DNA of 20,193 nucleotides, taken from IMG/VR virus record IMGVR_UViG_3300042894_007411. One strand, written 5' to 3'. Positions within the stretch are counted from its first letter, which is position 1. Every line of letters starts with the position of its first letter. This document shows positions 14,945 to 20,193 of this stretch, piece by piece. This stretch comes from a virus (taxonomy: Duplodnaviria > Heunggongvirae > Uroviricota > Caudoviricetes). The notes below the pieces were generated by a model. It had not been told where the DNA came from. It saw only the letters and a list, made by a program, of their open reading frames with translations, and ran no database searches. Both the position numbers and the translations under genes were made by a program.

Positions 14945-15234
14945 TATTGTATATTCTCTAAAAGTTGAAACAAATGTTTGTAAATTTCCGGATTTAATAA
15001 ATCCTGAGTTGATAAATTCAATTTCTGCATTTCCTGCAGAGTACGATCTAATCCGAAATTTTCTTCCAAAACTGCAAGTTTAATTTGGGATTCAATCTCT
15101 GTATCAGGTTTATAACGAATTTTTTTTGAATCTAATCCTAAAATTTGATTTTCAAAATTCCGGAAAGATTGAATATCTTCAGAAGTGATTTTCGTGTTTT
15201 TCATGGTGTTCAAAATTATATTCAAATTGAACAA
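14944..15234 (-). CDS. Hypothetical protein
   Basis: ORF in the operon direction; ATG 15204 (MKNTK) is a likelier start than TTG 15234. Confidence 0.55.
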   Translation of the reverse strand: MFNLNIILNTMKNTKITSEDIQSFRNFENQILGLDSKKIRYKPDTEIESQIKLAVLEENFGLDRTLQEMQKLNLSTQDLLNPEIYKHLFQLLENIQ

Positions 15235-15271
15235 ATAAATTTCGGATCAATGAAAATTTGTACATTTATTT

Positions 15272-16192
15272 TTAAACATCAAAATCTTTCAGATATTTCA
15301 ATAAAGCCTTTTCCTTCATTTTTACCTCGAATTCAATTGAAAAATCGTAACCGTAATTTTTTACCTTCTCATAAATCCAATCTGAGTGTGCAAGATCCTT
15401 TGTTGAAGAATCTTCCCATTGTTTTTTCGAATCTGAATAGTGAACAATTGGACTGATTTCTTTTGGCCAGGTTTTGATACAAAGGTCAAGTGCTTCTTGT
15501 TCCGATAGATCAGATGGATTACACTTATGATGTAAATAATCATAGGTCAAGGGAACTCCAATTTTTTTGAAAACAAGTTCGTACAATTCAGAAGGAGTGA
15601 ATCCCGATTTTTTGTCGTCATTTTCTACAACCAAACGTTTTTTAACTGATTCGGGTAACATCTGAAAATTTTCACAAAATCTAGATGCAGCTTCTTCCTT
15701 AGTGGGTTGGGAAGTGTAAACATGAACGTTGATCGGATAAAAGTGTGTTTGGTCCAATCCCATGAGATCCATGATTTCTGCGTGCTGTCTTAAATCTTTT
15801 ACTGCCTTGATCACAACATCTTCCCTCTGTGATGCTAGAACGGAATAAGGCGATGGATGAAATGTAATTCTTTGATCTCCTGCTTTGGCAATAGATCCAG
15901 CCTCTGCCAAAACAGTTTTTATTTCCTCGAAGTGTGGAAGATCATGAAATTCATATTCGCTGTACCAAGGGAAAATATCAGATGACATTCTATACATCCG
16001 GATTCCCATTTCATTGTTCCATGAAATAATCTTAACCAAATCTAAGCAGTTCAAAAGTGCCGTTTCGGAAGCGAAGGAAATTCCTTTTTCTTCAAAAGTT
16101 TTTTTGACCATAGACCGATTGGTGGTAATTCTATTTAATCCTTTACCTTCACCCAAAGTAAGGTTTATACAACAATATCCAAATCTGTGCAT
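15272..16192 (-). CDS. uvsE: UV DNA damage endonuclease (UVDE)
   Basis: RFGYCCIN, MYRMSSDIFP, RITFHP, INVHV, RLVVENDD, LTYDYLHH, VHYS, AHSD, EVKMKEKA. Confidence 0.93.
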   Translation of the reverse strand: MHRFGYCCINLTLGEGKGLNRITTNRSMVKKTFEEKGISFASETALLNCLDLVKIISWNNEMGIRMYRMSSDIFPWYSEYEFHDLPHFEEIKTVLAEAGSIAKAGDQRITFHPSPYSVLASQREDVVIKAVKDLRQHAEIMDLMGLDQTHFYPINVHVYTSQPTKEEAASRFCENFQMLPESVKKRLVVENDDKKSGFTPSELYELVFKKIGVPLTYDYLHHKCNPSDLSEQEALDLCIKTWPKEISPIVHYSDSKKQWEDSSTKDLAHSDWIYEKVKNYGYDFSIEFEVKMKEKALLKYLKDFDV

Positions 16193-16201
16193 AATGTAAA
16201 T

Positions 16202-17986
16202 CTATGACTTTTTTGACAACCAAATCTTTCTTAATTCGGAAGAATTTCCAAAAGCCATCTCTAGCATTTGTCCTGATTTTTTATCCCGTACTATGGTAAC
16301 AACTCTTTTGTTTTTCATGACATAATCCCAATCATCCAAAGACAAAGATCCCAATCCCTTAAGATATCTGACATTTGCCAGTTTTTTTCGTGCTGTCGCG
16401 GTTTTAAATTCTGTTAGGGAGTAAAAATATTCCTTCGATTTGTCCCCGGTCGTGACCAATGGGGTATCCAAAAAATTCAACATTTTCTTGTCTATAATCC
16501 AGGGAAACCAATTGTAAAATAAAGAAATCAGAAGTGAGGTGATGTGAGATCCATCTGGATCCTGGTCGGTGGCAATCACAATTTTTTCATAAGGACATTC
16601 GCCCTGGGAATTTTCTGGATCTAAATTTAAAATCTGCATCAATTCCAAAATTTCACGATTATCAGAAAGATCCGATAAATTTCTGGCGTTTTTAATTTTT
16701 CCCTTCAAAGCATATACTCCATCTCTAGATGGATTTCTTTTTTGCAAAATCGAGCCCATGGCTGAAAGACCCTCCACTATAAATAAATTTTCTGCTATTC
16801 TTGAGGTTGGAGGAAAATATTTGTGTGAAAATTTAACATTGACATTTTTCTTTTCTTTTCTAATTTTCTTTAAAGCTGCGTCTTTCTTTCTTCTTTCGAC
16901 TTTTTCCTTGATGGTTTTGAAAAGTGGTGTGGTATAAAACTTTCGGAGAGATCCCTCAAAAGATTCCAAAATAATTTTTTCTACCTCTTCTCTTTTTGTC
17001 ACAAATCTAGTTTTATTTTGATCACCAAATTTAACTAAGGAAGGAGGTAAATTCAAAATAAAACAGAAGTCATAAAAGTGATGGGCAAGAGAATCTTCTA
17101 AGACGTCGGCGATCTGGTCCATGATGATTTTCTGGTGAATTCCTGAACACATGGCACTGTTTACAAAAGATACAGACCCAGATTCCCCCTCCTTCTCCCA
17201 AAATAAAATTTCACCCAATTGGGTTTTGAACGACATTTGTTGAAGAGAAGAAGTAGAAATTTGATGGATATCTGATTTCCAAACAAATTCTAGCTGAATA
17301 TTTTTCGTGTGGGCTTCAGATTCTAAAACTCTTTTTTTCAGGATTAATAGAGAAATTAAAATATCCTTATTCCATTTACAGTGTTCGAATATTTCATGTA
17401 AAGGAATAAATGTAACTGAAGTCCCAAGATTTTGAGTTGTTCTTTTTTGAATTTTAGGTTTGGTCGATTTGAAGTTAACCCATTGTTGTGAATAAACTTC
17501 TTTGGAATTGGTCGAAACGATTGAGAATTCGGATGATAATGCGTTAACCAAACTAACCCCCATTCCATTGGTTCCTATGAGTGTGTCCGATAATCCATCA
17601 TTGTCAAAGTTGCTTCCCGCTCTCAACATAGAAACTGCCGTTTCAATGTTACTTACTCCACTTTTCTCGTTAATTTTAGAACCATCTACAAATCCTTCTC
17701 CCGTATCTGCTATTGTGATCTTATTTGTTGAGGGTTCCACTTCAATACGAATCAATTTCATTGGTTTCTTCATTCTTTTGGCTTCATCTACACAGTTAGA
17801 AAAAACCTCATCGAAGAGCTTATACATACCCACAGATATGTGCCTGGGGACCAATGAAATTTTGTCTTTATCGACCTTTGGAATGGATTCTTCCGTTATC
17901 TTGACAGATCCTACATAAATGGTGGGCCTTTTGAGAATGTGCTCAAAGTCGCTGAGAACCTGGATTTTCTTTTTAGATTGGGTCAT
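16202..17986 (-). CDS. Type IIA DNA topoisomerase, ATPase+TOPRIM subunit (gp39+gp60 / GyrB-ParE-like)
   Basis: EHILKRPTIYVGS, DEVFSNCVDE, DTGEG, GTNGMGVS (GHKL); FIVEGLSA, ATDQDPDGSHI (TOPRIM); RYLKGLGS. Confidence 0.95.
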   Translation of the reverse strand: MTQSKKKIQVLSDFEHILKRPTIYVGSVKITEESIPKVDKDKISLVPRHISVGMYKLFDEVFSNCVDEAKRMKKPMKLIRIEVEPSTNKITIADTGEGFVDGSKINEKSGVSNIETAVSMLRAGSNFDNDGLSDTLIGTNGMGVSLVNALSSEFSIVSTNSKEVYSQQWVNFKSTKPKIQKRTTQNLGTSVTFIPLHEIFEHCKWNKDILISLLILKKRVLESEAHTKNIQLEFVWKSDIHQISTSSLQQMSFKTQLGEILFWEKEGESGSVSFVNSAMCSGIHQKIIMDQIADVLEDSLAHHFYDFCFILNLPPSLVKFGDQNKTRFVTKREEVEKIILESFEGSLRKFYTTPLFKTIKEKVERRKKDAALKKIRKEKKNVNVKFSHKYFPPTSRIAENLFIVEGLSAMGSILQKRNPSRDGVYALKGKIKNARNLSDLSDNREILELMQILNLDPENSQGECPYEKIVIATDQDPDGSHITSLLISLFYNWFPWIIDKKMLNFLDTPLVTTGDKSKEYFYSLTEFKTATARKKLANVRYLKGLGSLSLDDWDYVMKNKRVVTIVRDKKSGQMLEMAFGNSSELRKIWLSKKS

Positions 17987-18009
17987 ATAAATTTAAAAGG
18001 GAATTGCAG

Positions 18010-18017
18010 CAAATATA
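18010..18017 (-). promoter_or_regulatory. Bacteroidota-type -7 element upstream of the topoisomerase large subunit
   Basis: TATATTTG 23 nt upstream of ATG 17986. Confidence 0.6.
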
Positions 18018-18067
18018 CGGTTTTATACAAACCAGCACCCTAATTATTTCGTATTTGTTTTAGTAAA

Positions 18068-18622
18068 TTAGGAATTAGAAGGTTTGTAAAAAATTTCTTC
18101 CACCTTCATAGGGGCAATTGGTGCTTCAAAACCTTTCTTTTCTAAAGAGGCTGGAGTCCCTATAATATACTCTTTGGATCCGATTTTTTCAATCCTCTTT
18201 ACAATAAATTCAGAATCAAAAAAGATGGTTCTTTGGTTGCCGAATCTATCGATGTCAAAATCAAAATCTTTTGAATTTGGATCGATTTCTTTTCCTGTTT
18301 TTGCCTTGTAGGCCAAAGCAACTCTTTGTCTTTCTTTTTGAATTATATCTTGTATGTACTGTGGTGTACCCTTTCCCTGTGTCGGGACATCTGCTACGAC
18401 AGTTATCTTTTTAATTTCTCCAGATTTTTGAAGTTCCAATAATTTTTGTAAGGTAGAAATAACCTCTGAATATTTGATGTTCTGATCAGGAGACGCTTTT
18501 ACATCCGCCATAAACTTTACCTCATTGTAAACCGGAATAACCGAATAGGAACTTTGAGGTTCTTTTCTGACTTCCATAATTGGTTTTTTGGAGAAGTTTT
18601 CAAACAATTGTAAATGCTTCAT
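18068..18622 (-). CDS. Hypothetical protein with an N-terminal MKHLQLFENF motif (possible virion-internal protein)
   Basis: 184-aa ATG ORF; AATATATA (18647..18654) lies 24 nt upstream. Confidence 0.6.
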   Translation of the reverse strand: MKHLQLFENFSKKPIMEVRKEPQSSYSVIPVYNEVKFMADVKASPDQNIKYSEVISTLQKLLELQKSGEIKKITVVADVPTQGKGTPQYIQDIIQKERQRVALAYKAKTGKEIDPNSKDFDFDIDRFGNQRTIFFDSEFIVKRIEKIGSKEYIIGTPASLEKKGFEAPIAPMKVEEIFYKPSNS

Positions 18623-18645
18623 GAATAGAAAATTATTTTATACAT

Positions 18646-19518
18646 TTATATATTCTTAAAAATCTTAGTTTCGAAAAAACCTGTAAACAACCCGAACTGA
18701 TCTTCATATTCTTTAGGAATTTTAATTTTAGATTTCAGATCATCTGGCATGTGTTTCCACGCCTGTGACAGAAGGAGAACTATCTTCCCGGGATTCCTTC
18801 GGAGTTCCAAGTTCAACGAGTCCGGTTGGAGATATGGCAGGGTTAGGATTAGTTTCTGTGCATTTTCTGATCCTTTTTCCAGAACTTCCAGCCATCCCTT
18901 CATGTTCCATTTACCCTTGATTAATTCAAATTCATCACAAAAAAATCGACCATTTATTTCTTGTGGTGCTCCTTCCAAGGATTGGAGTTCGTTGCGGGAA
19001 CAATTAAAAACTCCACCAACTTTCTTTGGTGCTCCTTTCAAGGACTGTAATTGGTTTTGTGAACAATTAAAACCCATGCCAACTTCCTTCGGTGCTCCTT
19101 TTAATGATTGGAGTTCATTGAGCGAACAATTAAAACTCCCTCCAACTTTTTGTGGTGATCCTTCAAGTGATCGTAGTCCGTTGTTGCGAAAATAAAAATT
19201 ACCACTAACTTCCTTTGGTGCTCCTTCCAGAGATCGGAGTTTGTTGCCGAAACAAGTAAAATTCCCAGTGACACTTCCAAATTTAATTAATCCCATAAAA
19301 CTTTTTATTCCCTTTGGAGGATCATACAAGTTTTTAGAAATTTTAGATCCATAACAACGGAAATCCCCCCGAATGTCTACCAAACCTGTTGATGGATTTA
19401 CTCTCCAGGTTCCTTTTGTGTTACGATTCAGGAAAATCCCATTATATCGATCAAAACCCACAGGAATCCATTTTTGATTTATGGATTCGTAGATCCTAAA
19501 TGGAATCAGATGTCTCAT
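18646..19518 (-). CDS. Protein with 21-aa LRR-like repeats (CxxNxLxSLEGAPxxVxGxFx)
   Basis: Five consecutive 21-aa units, an N-terminal MRHLIPFRIYES leader, and a C-terminal domain shared with the next gene. Confidence 0.8.
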   Translation of the reverse strand: MRHLIPFRIYESINQKWIPVGFDRYNGIFLNRNTKGTWRVNPSTGLVDIRGDFRCYGSKISKNLYDPPKGIKSFMGLIKFGSVTGNFTCFGNKLRSLEGAPKEVSGNFYFRNNGLRSLEGSPQKVGGSFNCSLNELQSLKGAPKEVGMGFNCSQNQLQSLKGAPKKVGGVFNCSRNELQSLEGAPQEINGRFFCDEFELIKGKWNMKGWLEVLEKGSENAQKLILTLPYLQPDSLNLELRRNPGKIVLLLSQAWKHMPDDLKSKIKIPKEYEDQFGLFTGFFETKIFKNI

Positions 19519-19522
19519 GTTT

Positions 19523-19530
19523 TATATATC
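19523..19530 (-). promoter_or_regulatory. NATATATA putative late-type promoter
   Basis: GATATATA 4 nt before ATG 19518. Confidence 0.4.
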
Positions 19531-19532
19531 CT

Positions 19533-20192
19533 TTAAAACAAACCCAGCTCGTCAAATCCGGAAAACAGTTCGAAATCATCTTCATATCCTTTAGGAATCT
19601 TAATTGCAGATTGCATGTCCTTTGGCATGTGATTCCATGCAGTGGCCAATAGATGAACTGTTTTCCCCGGATCACGTTGGAGTTCCTGGTTCCACCAGTC
19701 CGGTCCTAGCCATGGGAGGGTGAGAATCAATTTTTGGGCTGATGGTGTTCCTGTGTTCAGAACCTCGACCCATCCTTCCATGTTCCATTTGCCTGAATCT
19801 AATTGGAATTCGTCACACCGAAAACTCCTACCCACCGTCTGAGGTGCTCCTTCGAGGGAGGTCAGTTGGTTGCCGCCACAGTAGAATCCCCGGCCCAATT
19901 CCTGAGGTGCTCCGACCAGAGATTGGAGTTGGTTGACGTCACACCGAAAATCCCCATTTACCGTCTGAGGTGCTCCTTCCAGGGATTGGAGTTGGTTGTC
20001 GATACACCAAAAATCCCCATCTACCGTCTGAGGTGCTCCTTCCAGGGATTGGAGTTTGTTGTGGGAACACCGAAAATCCCCATTTACCGTCTGAGGTGCT
20101 CCTTCCAGGGATTGGAGTTGGTTGTCGATACACCAAAAATCCCCATCTACCGTCTGAGGTGCTCCTTCCAGGGATTGGAGTTTGTTGTGGGA
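19533..20192 (-). CDS. Second LRR-like repeat paralogue (5'-partial, open to the right edge)
   Basis: The frame is open from 20192: SHNKLQSLEGAPQTVDGDFWCIDNQLQSLEGAPQTVNGDFRC... continuous with the 19533..19898 ORF; C-terminal domain clearly homologous to that of 18646..19518. Confidence 0.85.
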   Translation of the reverse strand, partial: SHNKLQSLEGAPQTVDGDFWCIDNQLQSLEGAPQTVNGDFRCSHNKLQSLEGAPQTVDGDFWCIDNQLQSLEGAPQTVNGDFRCDVNQLQSLVGAPQELGRGFYCGGNQLTSLEGAPQTVGRSFRCDEFQLDSGKWNMEGWVEVLNTGTPSAQKLILTLPWLGPDWWNQELQRDPGKTVHLLATAWNHMPKDMQSAIKIPKGYEDDFELFSGFDELGLF

Positions 20193-20193
20193 A
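19815..20193. repeat. 63-bp coding tandem repeat (about 6 units) including an exact 126-bp duplication
   Basis: CTGAGGTGCTCC recurs with period 63 (unit anchors 19835, 19898, 19961, 20024, 20087, 20150); 19941..20066 is identical to 20067..20192. Confidence 0.95.

Noticed and set aside
15211-15218. Additional TAnnTTTG match (TAATTTTG)
   Set aside because: Only 6 nt from the likely ATG and expected by chance at this AT content.
3653-19195. Plus-strand and nested ORFs in the track (e.g. 3653..3916, 7277..7510, 8926..9162, 11414..11758, 17502..17918, 18749..19195)
   Set aside because: Antisense or off-frame shadows of well-supported genes, with no recognisable motifs.
19939-20136. Separate 65-aa ORF or frameshifted pseudogene
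   Set aside because: It is an alternate frame of the repeat; the LRR frame is open continuously from 20192 to 19533.
19815-20193. CRISPR array or DGR template/variable repeat
   Set aside because: The units are contiguous 63-bp coding repeats without unique spacers, the differences between units are not adenine-specific, and no reverse transcriptase or cas gene is present.
1-20193. Stop-codon reassignment (code 15 or 4)
   Set aside because: Conserved genes are full length in code 11, TGA and TAA end many genes at natural positions, and no fragmentation by TAG is seen.
1-20193. Bacterial chromosome or eukaryotic giant virus origin
   Set aside because: T4-style split PolB, CTD-less topoisomerase and many short orphan genes argue against a bacterial chromosome; tmRNA and bacterial promoter boxes argue against NCLDV. 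No capsid gene is in the window, so the phage call remains an inference.

Overview
A 20.2-kb AT-rich, gene-dense segment, almost all on the minus strand. It is best read as part of a large (jumbo/huge) dsDNA phage genome with T4-like replication genes and a probable Bacteroidota host. Host evidence: Bacteroidota-type ClpP, a tmRNA tag starting GEN, three TATATTTG (-7) promoter boxes, and A-rich start contexts without obvious Shine-Dalgarno motifs. Standard code 11 fits. Left to right: partial FkbM methyltransferase, cupin, tRNA-Ser(UGA), a glycosylation-cluster-type ORF, a membrane protein gene bracketed by a perfect 16-bp inverted repeat, tmRNA with terminator, P-loop kinase, ClpP, thioredoxin, a 45% acidic protein, a ribbon-helix-helix-like protein, a RimK ATP-grasp/aspartic-protease fusion, the C-terminal half of a split family B DNA polymerase, a probable sliding clamp, type IIA topoisomerase small subunit, an L,D-transpeptidase-like protein next to a multi-TM CxxC protein, DnaJ, UV-damage endonuclease, topoisomerase large subunit, and two tandem paralogues with 21-aa LRR-like repeats (the second runs off the window). 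Best leads: a clpP-kinase-tmRNA unit with an unusually long tag, the IR-bracketed gene, the RimK writer-eraser fusion, an NATATATA promoter that co-occurs with a capsid-targeting-like peptide, the orphan PolB half, and the variable LRR array. All family calls come from motif recognition by eye; no searches were run.
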